From a virus (taxonomy: Duplodnaviria > Caudoviricetes): 35,887 nt of DNA. Each line of letters begins with the position of its first letter. The first letter of the stretch is position 1. The position numbers and the translations under genes were made by a program. The notes under the pieces were generated by a model that saw only the letters and a program-made list of their open reading frames with translations, made no database searches and had not been told where the DNA came from. The DNA lies in IMG/VR virus record IMGVR_UViG_3300010048_000855, positions 1 through 35,887 of that record. The stretch is one strand, 5' to 3'. Of this stretch, positions 1 to 7,686 are shown piece after piece.

Positions 1-183
1 ATGGCAAACGTTCATGAAGCAGTACAGAACCTCAGAAATCAGGCCATCGCGCTTCTCCTTGATGAGCGGGGGAAGATCGACGATCAGTTGAAGCAGCTCG
101 GGCATAACAATGGAAACGCCCCCAAACGTCGGGGGCGCAAACCGAAAGAACCTACGCAGCAGATCGAGCCCGTCCAGCCTTGA
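1..183 (+). CDS. small coiled-coil protein with AT-hook-like motif (putative nucleoid-associated/DNA-binding protein)
   Basis: 60 aa; N-terminal amphipathic helix followed by KRRGRKPK. Confidence 0.6.
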   Translation: MANVHEAVQNLRNQAIALLLDERGKIDDQLKQLGHNNGNAPKRRGRKPKEPTQQIEPVQP

Positions 184-733
184 ACGACTCGACCAATTTC
201 GATTTCACTCCATTCCGGACCCGGTGCCAGAACTCGGCATCGGGTTCATTGATTCTCCGCACGATCAGCTCATCGAACCATGCGTCAATGTCCTTCATGT
301 AGCTTCCCTTGACGCTATCGCTCGGACTGGTAAGCTCTGGTGTGTGAGTGGATGGGGGTGTGCATTTCCCCTTCCCTCTTTCCCGCGCTTCGATATGAGG
401 CGCGGGATTCTTATTCTCCGGGAACCACCGTTCCAGCCTTTCGCCGGCCTGTTTGAACGGTAGGCCGTCCAGTGCCATGACGAGGTTGAGGCAATCTCCC
501 CACCGGTTCCCGACCATGTTCATCCGCGCGCACGCCGGGTGTTTGCACTGCCACCGGTTGCTCGGAAGATGCACGTTGAATGCGTTATTGTTCTTGTCGC
601 CGGCGGGGTGCATCGGGAGAGGACACGCAGCAAACGCGTATTCCTCGTTCGACATCGACCGCCGGAGCCTCACGCCATAGTGCAGAAGCACATCCACGAT
701 CAGGATGCGTTCCTTCATCTCTCTAAAGTCCAT
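152..733 (-). CDS. CHC2 zinc-finger (DNA primase Zn-binding domain) protein lacking a TOPRIM domain
   Basis: MDFREMKERILIVDVLLHYG start, CPLPMH...FNV...WQCKHPAC, GDCLNLVMALDGLPFKQA; SD GAGGAG upstream. Confidence 0.8.
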   Translation of the reverse strand: MDFREMKERILIVDVLLHYGVRLRRSMSNEEYAFAACPLPMHPAGDKNNNAFNVHLPSNRWQCKHPACARMNMVGNRWGDCLNLVMALDGLPFKQAGERLERWFPENKNPAPHIEARERGKGKCTPPSTHTPELTSPSDSVKGSYMKDIDAWFDELIVRRINEPDAEFWHRVRNGVKSKLVESFKAGRARSAA

Positions 734-751
734 GCGAACTCCTCAGTGGAA

Positions 752-778
752 CAAAGCCCCGCAGTGAGCGAGGCTTTG
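752..778 (-). terminator. stem-loop, probable terminator/attenuator after the 782..982 gene
   Basis: On the minus strand CAAAGCCTCGC pairs with GCGGGGCTTTG, followed by TT. Confidence 0.45.
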
Positions 779-781
779 AGG

Positions 782-982
782 CTAGAAGGCTTCGTCCTTG
801 TTCTCAAAGAGAACGAGATCCACGTCGCGGGTCAGGATCAGGGGAACACCGATCCGCAAAGTGATCTGCCCTTTCTCTCCGACCCAGGCTGCGCCCACGC
901 GATGTGCATAGCGTTGCGATTCACCATTCGATTCGCGCCGCTCAGACACGCACACGTTGTAGTCCGGTTTCTTTCCTGCCAT
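782..982 (-). CDS. small DUF736-like (putative ssDNA-binding) protein
   Basis: MAGKKPDYNV...HRVGAAW...GQITLRI pattern; start moved to ATG 982 behind SD GGAGG. Confidence 0.55.
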   Translation of the reverse strand: MAGKKPDYNVCVSERRESNGESQRYAHRVGAAWVGEKGQITLRIGVPLILTRDVDLVLFENKDEAF

Positions 983-1035
983 ATTCAGTTCCTCCCAGAA
1001 CTGCCTTAACTCAAGCATTTCTGCGGGAAAGCGCA

Positions 1036-1133
1036 ACGAGGGCTTGTGTATAACTTTGTCGGTGATATAGGTTTTATGCGGGTTGTAGAGCGACTTGACG
1101 AGGGCTTGTAATATTACGAGGGCTTGTTAGAGT
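1036..1133. promoter_or_regulatory. divergent control region with three ACGAGGGCTTGT direct repeats (putative operators) and a DnaA-box
   Basis: Exact 12-mer at 1036-1047, 1098-1109 and 1116-1127; TGTGTATAA 1045-1053; candidate -35 TTGTAA 1106-1111 and -10 TAGAGT 1128-1133. Confidence 0.65.
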
Positions 1134-1139
1134 TAGGTT

Positions 1140-1262
1140 ATGGATACCAAAGAGGCAGGGCGGCGCGGCGGCCTTGCGACAAAGAAGAAATACGGTCGCG
1201 ACCACTTCAAAAAGATACGGGCAAAACGGAAAATAAAAGGTCGAAATAAACTAAGCAAATAA
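1140..1262 (+). CDS. 40-aa basic KGG-motif-like microprotein (not in ORF track)
   Basis: MDTKEAGRRGGLATKKKYGRDHFKKIRAKRKIKGRNKLSK; resembles the EAGRKGG...YG..F..I KGG repeat; apparently leaderless. Confidence 0.65.
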   Translation: MDTKEAGRRGGLATKKKYGRDHFKKIRAKRKIKGRNKLSK

Positions 1263-1266
1263 ATCC

Positions 1267-1422
1267 ATGAATGAAACAGAATTGATCGCTTCCGAGATCG
1301 GACACTTCATCCGTCCGAAGCAATCGAAGTGGAAGGACTGGGGCGAAGCGATCATAGGCGCTTTCGTCATCGTCGCCTTCACTGCACTCCTCTTGTGGCT
1401 CGCGTCAATCGGCGCGTTCTAA
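1267..1422 (+). CDS. 51-aa single-TM membrane protein (not in ORF track)
   Basis: MNETELIASEIGHFIRPKQSKWKDWGEAIIGAFVIVAFTALLLWLASIGAF. Confidence 0.6.
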   Translation: MNETELIASEIGHFIRPKQSKWKDWGEAIIGAFVIVAFTALLLWLASIGAF

Positions 1423-1430
1423 ACCCGTGC

Positions 1431-1512
1431 ATTCGGGATGGGGTGAATGGAGGCCAAAAGCCAAAACACCAAGTAAGCATTACCGCACAGGTTGGCTTGC
1501 ACCATCCCGAAT
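1431..1512 (+). ncRNA. putative structured RNA element
   Basis: ATTCGGGATGG/CCATCCCGAAT 11-bp closing stem; inner AAGCCAA/TTGGCTT stem. Confidence 0.4.
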
Positions 1513-1545
1513 CGTCAGCAAATACATCTAATCCATAAAACCAAA

Positions 1546-1788
1546 ATGTACATTCCAGAAGTAGAACCGCCGGAGGATTTTGGCAAGCCGACGAATTGGG
1601 AAGAAGTGTTGATCGGGCCAGGGTGGCCGAAGATGGAGCCGACCGGCCGCACGCTCAAAGACTTCCTCCCCGAAGACGACGGGCGCCGCTTCCATGATGG
1701 GAGTGATTGGGATGAGCGAAGTGGCTATGAAAACCCTGACGATATAGTCGGCGTCGGGTGCGAACTCCACAATAGCAATGAAGATTGA
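1546..1788 (+). CDS. hypothetical acidic protein
   Basis: ATG 1546 after an A-rich leader; overlaps the start of the next gene. Confidence 0.5.
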   Translation: MYIPEVEPPEDFGKPTNWEEVLIGPGWPKMEPTGRTLKDFLPEDDGRRFHDGSDWDERSGYENPDDIVGVGCELHNSNED

Positions 1789-2551
1789 AACGCGCAGAGT
1801 AGATGATGAGCGCGGTATCGTTCAGATCACCACCTCTGACGAACGTTGGTACCAGATTGATGACAAGTTCTATCCCTCAGTGACATGGATCTGCGGCTAC
1901 TACCCGAAGGGTATCGGGTATATGAAGTGGCTCTCGGAGCATGGCTGGGACGAAGCCGAGGCGGTAAAGCAGGCCGCCGGCGAGAAAGGCACGAAAGTCC
2001 ATAAGGCGATCTCCGACATCCTCATGGGTCGGACGGTGAAAATCGGCGACAAGTATTCGGCGGACGGAAGGGAGCCGGAAGAACTCACCGCCATCGAGTA
2101 CGAAGCCATCATGAGCTTTGTGAACTGGTTGAATGAAACGCAGCCCGAGGTCATGGCCATTGACTACGCGCTCGTGAATGAGGAAGAAGGATACGCCGGC
2201 ACGATTGACATGAAGCTCAAGATTGAGGGCGAGGTGTGGATCGTGGACATCAAGACATCGAAGGATGTGTACCCATCTCATGAACTACAGTTGTCCGCCT
2301 ACAAGAAGGCTGACCTAGAGTGTCAGCGTATTGCAATCCTTCAGGTGGGCTATACCAGGAACAAAGCGAAGTATAAATTCACCGAGATCGAAGATCAGTA
2401 TCCGCTCTTCCAAGCCGCAAAAGCGATATGGGCGAGGGAAACGGCGGGCGTTCATCCGCAGCAGAAGGATTTCCCGCTTGAGCTTGTGTGGGATAAGACC
2501 AAAACGAAAGCAAAACCGGCTAAGGTCGAGGCCGCGCCGAAAGCAGCATAA
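1778..2551 (+). CDS. PD-(D/E)XK exonuclease (Cas4/RecB-like phage recombination nuclease)
   Basis: YPSVT, GTKVH, YAGTID, IVDIKTS and LQLSAY motifs. Confidence 0.9.
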   Translation: MKIETRRVDDERGIVQITTSDERWYQIDDKFYPSVTWICGYYPKGIGYMKWLSEHGWDEAEAVKQAAGEKGTKVHKAISDILMGRTVKIGDKYSADGREPEELTAIEYEAIMSFVNWLNETQPEVMAIDYALVNEEEGYAGTIDMKLKIEGEVWIVDIKTSKDVYPSHELQLSAYKKADLECQRIAILQVGYTRNKAKYKFTEIEDQYPLFQAAKAIWARETAGVHPQQKDFPLELVWDKTKTKAKPAKVEAAPKAA

Positions 2552-2572
2552 AAACAATAATCAATTACCAAA

Positions 2573-2935
2573 ATGCCAAACTTACAAAGACCGACAGGGA
2601 AATTCCTCAGCACGGAAGACGTATCCACTGGCGATATTGTCACGTTTGTTGATGCGGGCGTGGAGAAAGAAGAAGCCGATAAGTTCAATCCGGGGAAGAA
2701 GAAGCTGAAGTTCGAGATCGGCGTTCGTTTGCCGGAGGGGGATGAGAAAGTCGTATCGCTGAACAACACTTCGAAAGCGGCCCTCATGGACGCTTACGGA
2801 GAGAATAGTGATGAGTGGGTGGGCAAAGATGCCCGCGTGGAGATCATCACCCAAAAGGTCGGCAATGACTTTAAAGATGTTCTGTACCTCACGCATCCGA
2901 CGAAGAACGTGAAGGGCGACATCATCACTGCATAA
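2573..2935 (+). CDS. putative single-stranded DNA-binding (OB-fold-like) protein
   Basis: FL...DV, LNNTS...L..AYG.NS.EWVGK pattern; follows the exonuclease. Confidence 0.55.
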   Translation: MPNLQRPTGKFLSTEDVSTGDIVTFVDAGVEKEEADKFNPGKKKLKFEIGVRLPEGDEKVVSLNNTSKAALMDAYGENSDEWVGKDARVEIITQKVGNDFKDVLYLTHPTKNVKGDIITA

Positions 2936-2939
2936 ACGC

Positions 2940-3260
2940 ATGACGATCGCCGACATTGTCGAGAGGATGAAGGGGCAGCCCTCGCCACACGATCTTGCGA
3001 ACTACAAGGTATACCTCGCCGCCGAGTACGCTTACCTCTCCGGCCAGCTTGATGCCTCACTCATGGTGAAGCCGGAGAAGTGGGAAGCGTTCAGGTTGAC
3101 CTGCACGAGCGACACCCAGGCTGAGCGGAAGTGGGCACGGACGCCGGAAGGGGTTCAAGAAACCTCGATCCGCCTCAAGCTCAAGTCCATCGAGAAGATG
3201 ATGTCGGCGATCAGCACGAAGATCAGCGTCGCCACCGAGGAGGCGCGGAACAACTTCTAA
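2940..3260 (+). CDS. helical protein, possibly UvsY-like recombination mediator
   Basis: 106-aa coiled-coil with SDTQAE and KSIEKMMSAISTKIS; recombination-module context. Confidence 0.45.
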   Translation: MTIADIVERMKGQPSPHDLANYKVYLAAEYAYLSGQLDASLMVKPEKWEAFRLTCTSDTQAERKWARTPEGVQETSIRLKLKSIEKMMSAISTKISVATEEARNNF

Positions 3261-3268
3261 ATTAAATA

Positions 3269-3330
3269 CGGGACTTGCGCGGAATATCGGCGAATACGCG
3301 CGCGGTTATGAATTACCGAAGGAAGTCCCG
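3269..3330 (+). ncRNA. putative three-way-junction RNA element
   Basis: CGGGACTT/AAGTCCCG closing stem around GCGCG/CGCGC and CGGT/ACCG hairpins. Confidence 0.4.
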
Positions 3331-3344
3331 GCCCGAATAAACAC

Positions 3345-3515
3345 ATGACCGATAAACAATTCCGATCGTGGTACGAGAACAAGGTGCGGGGCGCAGCGGC
3401 GCGCTCCAAGTATGTGGATAGTCCAAAGCGATTCCGGTTTACCGTCCCCGCGCTCATCGCGGATCTTGAAGCGGTTCTCAAAGAGGCGAAGCACAGGGCG
3501 AAGACGATGAAGTGA
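3345..3515 (+). CDS. 56-aa basic hypothetical protein (not in ORF track)
   Basis: MTDKQFRSWYENKVRG...AKTMK; ATG after an A/C-rich leader. Confidence 0.5.
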   Translation: MTDKQFRSWYENKVRGAAARSKYVDSPKRFRFTVPALIADLEAVLKEAKHRAKTMK

Positions 3516-3944
3516 GGGCGCATACGCGCGTCGCGGGTAGAGAAGAAGTATCCGCTACGTTCGACCTCAGTCGTCATCGCGGCGGCCAATCTTGAGGATT
3601 GCGCGGATGAAGTTGATGCCGTGCTGGAGGCCAAAGAGAAAAAAGGCAATCAGGACGAGCAGTTCGAAAGCGTGACAGATGAAGGTAAAGAGCGATGTGA
3701 AGTACAGTTCAACCATTTGAAGCCTCCACCAGCAAATACCGTCAAAATGGACACTTGCTTAAAGAAAAAATCAAATGGCTAAAAACACTGTGGAACGTGT
3801 CAAGTGCCCTGTCAAGGCCCGAAACCGGTGGAAACTCCTATAAATTACTCGTGGTGTGTTTCTTGCCCAGAACCTCCATTGACTCAGTGAGTTAGATCCG
3901 ACCAGAGTCAAAGCAACTAAGCGAAATAAATTTTTCGAACTTCC

Positions 3945-4274
3945 ATGAAAACGAGCGTTCAGGACACCTCCCTCAAGGCATGGCGCGACCTCCAAGAGAA
4001 GCTCCCCGCAGCGCGCAAGGAAGTGTTCGATACCATAAGTGCCCACCCGAACTCTACTCTGACGGAGCTTGCTACTATACTTCACCGTCCGGTGAATAGA
4101 GTAAGCGGCAGGATTACCGAACTCCGAAAGGCCAAGCTCATCGAGGACGGCGGGAAGCGGCGCGACCGGATCACCGGGAATACCGCTCACACCTGGCGCG
4201 TGAAACCGCCGATCGAACTGCCGCCGGCGAGAGAAGAGAAGAAGGTCGAGACAATTCCTAATCAACTATTTTGA
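3945..4274 (+). CDS. MarR-like winged-helix DNA-binding protein
   Basis: TLTELATILHRPVNRVSGRITELRKAKLIEDGGKR...TG...W wHTH pattern. Confidence 0.8.
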   Translation: MKTSVQDTSLKAWRDLQEKLPAARKEVFDTISAHPNSTLTELATILHRPVNRVSGRITELRKAKLIEDGGKRRDRITGNTAHTWRVKPPIELPPAREEKKVETIPNQLF

Positions 4275-4275
4275 A

Positions 4276-4449
4276 ATGAAAACAATCATCCTTTCCTTCA
4301 TAAATGTCTTCGTGACCATCTGGATAGCGGCATGGTTTTTCCATGTCGGGACGCCCAATCCGACTACATGGATTCAGTGGGCCGCCGCATTCAGTGGCGT
4401 AGCAACGTCCATCTTCGGTACATGTGTCGAGATCGTAATCTTCGACTAA
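4276..4449 (+). CDS. 57-aa two-TM membrane protein (not in ORF track)
   Basis: MKTIILSFINVFVTIWIAAWFF...WAAAFSGVATSIFGTCVEIVIFD; tightly packed in the operon. Confidence 0.6.
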   Translation: MKTIILSFINVFVTIWIAAWFFHVGTPNPTTWIQWAAAFSGVATSIFGTCVEIVIFD

Positions 4450-4459
4450 TCCCAAAACG

Positions 4460-4741
4460 ATGCCTTACGCAAAACCGCAAGTAAAGCCGGACGATCCGTC
4501 CATCAATAAGTTCTTCTACCTGTGCCAAACACCCGGCTGCGGTGCGGTCATTAACCCGGCCTTCCCTGTCGCCGAGAAGAACCCGAGCCCCAATAAGAAG
4601 AACCTCGGCAAGCAAAACATCCAGACCCTTTGCGTTCGTTGCAATAGCAAAAAGAGCGGCTTTATTGACGTGAGAAATCCGATTGCGCGGCGCTTTTGGA
4701 CTCACGTACGGGACGCCATAAACAAGCACTTGGAGGCATGA
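4460..4741 (+). CDS. HNH-like zinc-binding protein, probably nuclease-degenerate
   Basis: CQTPGC...NIQTLCVRCNSKK, but no DH.IP catalytic motif. Confidence 0.6.
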   Translation: MPYAKPQVKPDDPSINKFFYLCQTPGCGAVINPAFPVAEKNPSPNKKNLGKQNIQTLCVRCNSKKSGFIDVRNPIARRFWTHVRDAINKHLEA

Positions 4742-5190
4742 GAAAGTGGCGCACGCATACCAGGAACGAGCACTCGGCAGCGATCGAACGAACTGACCGC
4801 GCCGTTTCGCTCATGATCCGGGAACGTGATGCCAACGACCCGTGTATCGCCTGCAATAAGCTCCACAAGGAGTACGACGCCGGACACTACCGCCGCCGCG
4901 AGCTGATGCCGACCCGCTTCCATCCCATGAACCTCAATCACGAGGGGATCGGCTGTAATAGAGGGACCCACAACAACAAATATGGCATGAAGGACATGGA
5001 TCTCTACCGGGAGAACCTCGACTTGAAGTGGGGCGCCGGCACCGCACAGTTCCTCTACAAACTCTCCCAGATCATCGAACCGTGGGAGACGAAGGAATTG
5101 GAGCAGCTCAGGAGCGCGGCGAGGATGGGACCCAGAGTATACGAGAAATTCTATTTCGAGCTAAGGCCCCATCACCAGGACGTGTCTTGA
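4738..5190 (+). CDS. ninG: NinG/Rap-family recombination endonuclease
   Basis: IRERD...CIAC...DAGHY...TRF...N...CN motif; ATGA overlap with the upstream gene. Confidence 0.85.
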   Translation: MRKWRTHTRNEHSAAIERTDRAVSLMIRERDANDPCIACNKLHKEYDAGHYRRRELMPTRFHPMNLNHEGIGCNRGTHNNKYGMKDMDLYRENLDLKWGAGTAQFLYKLSQIIEPWETKELEQLRSAARMGPRVYEKFYFELRPHHQDVS

Positions 5191-5211
5191 ACATTTGGAA
5201 GGCAATTCGGC

Positions 5212-5400
5212 TTAACATCTCGCTAAGGGTGCAAATACATTTCCTTCGTGCGTTGCGCACTCCTCACGGGTCAACGTTTGTTGATGTTCGACGTTGTGTT
5301 CATCGAACCATACGCAGCAACCATACACCTGTGATGCCTGCGGGTCTTCGGCGAGTATCTTCTTCATCTCTTCAAGGGTCTCTTTTACCTGCTCGGTCAT
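5212..5400 (-). CDS. 62-aa Cys-containing moron peptide
   Basis: SD AGGAGG; GCC...TREEC...GNVF...C. Confidence 0.55.
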   Translation of the reverse strand: MTEQVKETLEEMKKILAEDPQASQVYGCCVWFDEHNVEHQQTLTREECATHEGNVFAPLARC

Positions 5401-5438
5401 TCGATGAATCCTCCTGAGAACTGTTATAAATCTGTGGA

Positions 5439-5466
5439 TTGACAGAAATTGTGAATATTCTACTGT
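5439..5466 (+). promoter_or_regulatory. sigma70-type promoter for the packaging/late operon
   Basis: TTGACA-16 nt-TACTGT. Confidence 0.55.
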
Positions 5467-5478
5467 GAAACTATCCCC

Positions 5479-5583
5479 ATGACACCCAAGCATTTCAAGG
5501 AGTCACTGCGGTTCCTTGCGATCGTATTCCTCACGGTGCTCACGAGCGTCGCAATCGTGGAAATCATCGCCCATACCATCTAA
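5479..5583 (+). CDS. 34-aa single-TM peptide (not in ORF track)
   Basis: MTPKHFKESLRFLAIVFLTVLTSVAIVEIIAHTI; its stop abuts the next ATG. Confidence 0.45.
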   Translation: MTPKHFKESLRFLAIVFLTVLTSVAIVEIIAHTI

Positions 5584-5778
5584 ATGTCCCGCAAATACGA
5601 CCGCACGCTACAGGTAAACCGCAAGGTGATGGAGATCCTGGACGATCCGGGAACGATCCATTACATCGCGCGGAAGATCATCCGGCCGCGCCCCCGCTTC
5701 TTTCCGAAGATACTTTGGAGGCTCTTGCTCTCAATCGTGATGGCGCCTGAAACCCGAAAAGCCCCGGACCATGAATGA
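5584..5778 (+). CDS. hypothetical basic protein
   Basis: ORF packed in the operon. Confidence 0.55.
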   Translation: MSRKYDRTLQVNRKVMEILDDPGTIHYIARKIIRPRPRFFPKILWRLLLSIVMAPETRKAPDHE

Positions 5779-5962
5779 GAACAAGCAACCGTTGATGCTT
5801 CCTGCGCCAGACATGAGCCGCTGGATTTTCTATCGGAAGAACGAACCCACCATGAGGCGTCGCCCGTTCTTCGTCATTGTTGACCCAATATCCCTCAGCG
5901 AGCTCGCCGCCGAGATGGACGAGCTCTACAAACAGATATTCGGTTCCGATTTCCAAATATGA
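5771..5962 (+). CDS. hypothetical protein
   Basis: ORF overlapping the previous gene by 8 nt. Confidence 0.5.
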   Translation: MNENKQPLMLPAPDMSRWIFYRKNEPTMRRRPFFVIVDPISLSELAAEMDELYKQIFGSDFQI

Positions 5963-5980
5963 ATAGCTGAATTTCAAATC

Positions 5981-6499
5981 ATGCCTGGAGGCAAGAGGCC
6001 AGGAGCCGGCCGGAAAAAAGGTTCCAAATCCGCAGCGACACTCGAAAGGGAGCGCGTGTTTACCGCTCTCCGTCAGCGCATCATGCAAAAGGCCGACAAG
6101 ATCCTCGATGCACAGATGATTCTCGCGAACGGCCAGCAGTTCCTTTACAAGATCGAGAAGGAATGGGTTTCGACCGGCGGCACGAAGAAAGACGGAACCA
6201 AGCAAGGATTCTGGCGTCCGAAAAAGCCGGAGCTCGTCGAGGCCGAGTGGGAAATCCGCAGCTACATCGACAATCTCGCAGAGCATGAGGGCATCTTTAC
6301 CCTCGACGATCCGAACGACGAGAGCGCGACATACTACTTCATCACGGTAAAGGAGCCGAGCAATCAGGCGATCGATTCCATGTTCAATCGGGCATTCGGG
6401 AAGGCCACCGATCACATCGACATAACGACTGGCGGCAATCCACTTCCTACTCCGATCTATGGTGGTAAATCAACCACAGACGCTGGAGCGGGCAAGTAA
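5981..6499 (+). CDS. terS: putative terminase small subunit
   Basis: GGKRPGAGRKKGS N-terminus, RAFGKA..HIDITTGG C-terminus; directly upstream of terL. Confidence 0.7.
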   Translation: MPGGKRPGAGRKKGSKSAATLERERVFTALRQRIMQKADKILDAQMILANGQQFLYKIEKEWVSTGGTKKDGTKQGFWRPKKPELVEAEWEIRSYIDNLAEHEGIFTLDDPNDESATYYFITVKEPSNQAIDSMFNRAFGKATDHIDITTGGNPLPTPIYGGKSTTDAGAGK

Positions 6500-7685
6500 G
6501 CGCTTCGCATTCGTCGATACGACGGCGACACGCAAAGTTTTCGCACTCAGAAAGCGCATCCGAGCTGTTGCGGGCGGCACATCAGCTTCGAAAACGATCT
6601 CGATCCTTGTTTGGCTGATCGATTATTGCCAGTCCAACCGGAACAAGCTCGCATCGGTCGTTTCGGAGTCCTATCCCCATCTCGAAAAGGGCGCGATGCT
6701 CGACTTCGAGAACATCATGAAGGACAGGGGCTACTGGGATGACAACCGGTGGAACCAGACCAAACACACGTACACGTTCGAAACCGGCTCAAAGCTTGAG
6801 TTCTATTCACCCGATACCTATGGCAAGGCCCACGGCCCGCGCCGTGATGTGCTCTTCATCAATGAGGCGAACAACCTCGATTTCAGAATCGCCGATCAGC
6901 TCATCGTCCGCACCCGCGAGATCGTATGGCTCGACTGGAATCCCAGCTCTGAGTTCTGGTTTTACACGGAATTCCTGAACCGGCGCAACGATGTCGATTT
7001 CATCACGCTCACGTACCTCGACAATGAAGCGCTCGACCCGATCACGATCGCCGAGATCGAATCACACAAGGGCAATAAGCAATGGTGGCAGGTCTACGGA
7101 CTGGGCCAACTGGGTGAGATCGAAGGCCGGATCTATACCGGCTGGCAGTTCATCGACGCCATACCCCACGAAGCCAGGCTTGAACGATACGGCCTTGATT
7201 TCGGCTATTCGAACGATCCGAGCGCCATCGTAGCAGTCTACCGGTATAACGGTGGGTTCATTCTCGACGAAGTTCTGTTCCAGAAAGCCATGAGCAACCG
7301 GCAGATTGCCGATACGCTTCTCAACCAGTCGCGCGCCCTCGTGATCGCCGATTCCGCTGAACCGAAGAGCATCGATGAGATTCACAGCTATGGCCTCAAC
7401 ATCCTTGGGGCCGAGAAGGGCAAGGATTCGGTCAATAACGGCATCCAACTCGTCCAGGCGCAGCCGATCTCTGTGACGAACCGGTCGCTCAATGTCATCA
7501 AGGAATACCGGGCGTATCTATGGCTCACCGATAGGGACGGAAATACGCTCAATGAGCCGGATCACGAGTTCAGTCATTCGATGGATGCTATCCGGTACGC
7601 GATCGCATCGATCGTGAAAAAGCCGTCGTTTGTCCCGCCGCCCACGACCGGGCTTGTGAAGCCGTATCCGGGGATTCCCCGCTGA
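6459..7685 (+). CDS. terL: terminase large subunit (PBSX/SPP1-like)
   Basis: Walker A GGTSASKT, Walker B VLFINEA, LDWNP, nuclease motifs GLDFGYSNDP, ADSAEPKSI, HSMDAIRY. Confidence 0.95.
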   Translation: MVVNQPQTLERASKRFAFVDTTATRKVFALRKRIRAVAGGTSASKTISILVWLIDYCQSNRNKLASVVSESYPHLEKGAMLDFENIMKDRGYWDDNRWNQTKHTYTFETGSKLEFYSPDTYGKAHGPRRDVLFINEANNLDFRIADQLIVRTREIVWLDWNPSSEFWFYTEFLNRRNDVDFITLTYLDNEALDPITIAEIESHKGNKQWWQVYGLGQLGEIEGRIYTGWQFIDAIPHEARLERYGLDFGYSNDPSAIVAVYRYNGGFILDEVLFQKAMSNRQIADTLLNQSRALVIADSAEPKSIDEIHSYGLNILGAEKGKDSVNNGIQLVQAQPISVTNRSLNVIKEYRAYLWLTDRDGNTLNEPDHEFSHSMDAIRYAIASIVKKPSFVPPPTTGLVKPYPGIPR

Positions 7686-7686
7686 C

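Noticed and set aside
1036-1127. CRISPR mini-array
   Set aside because: Repeats are only 12 bp with irregular spacers (50 and 6 nt); no cas operon, and the 1778 nuclease is a phage exonuclease
4258-4455. Cys-rich 65-aa minus-strand ORF resembling a RiPP precursor
   Set aside because: It overlaps a better-fitting + strand 2-TM ORF (4276..4449) in a packed operon; no modifying enzymes nearby
6459-6499. terS/terL 41-nt overlap as a programmed frameshift
   Set aside because: No slippery heptamer evident; such overlaps are common between terminase genes
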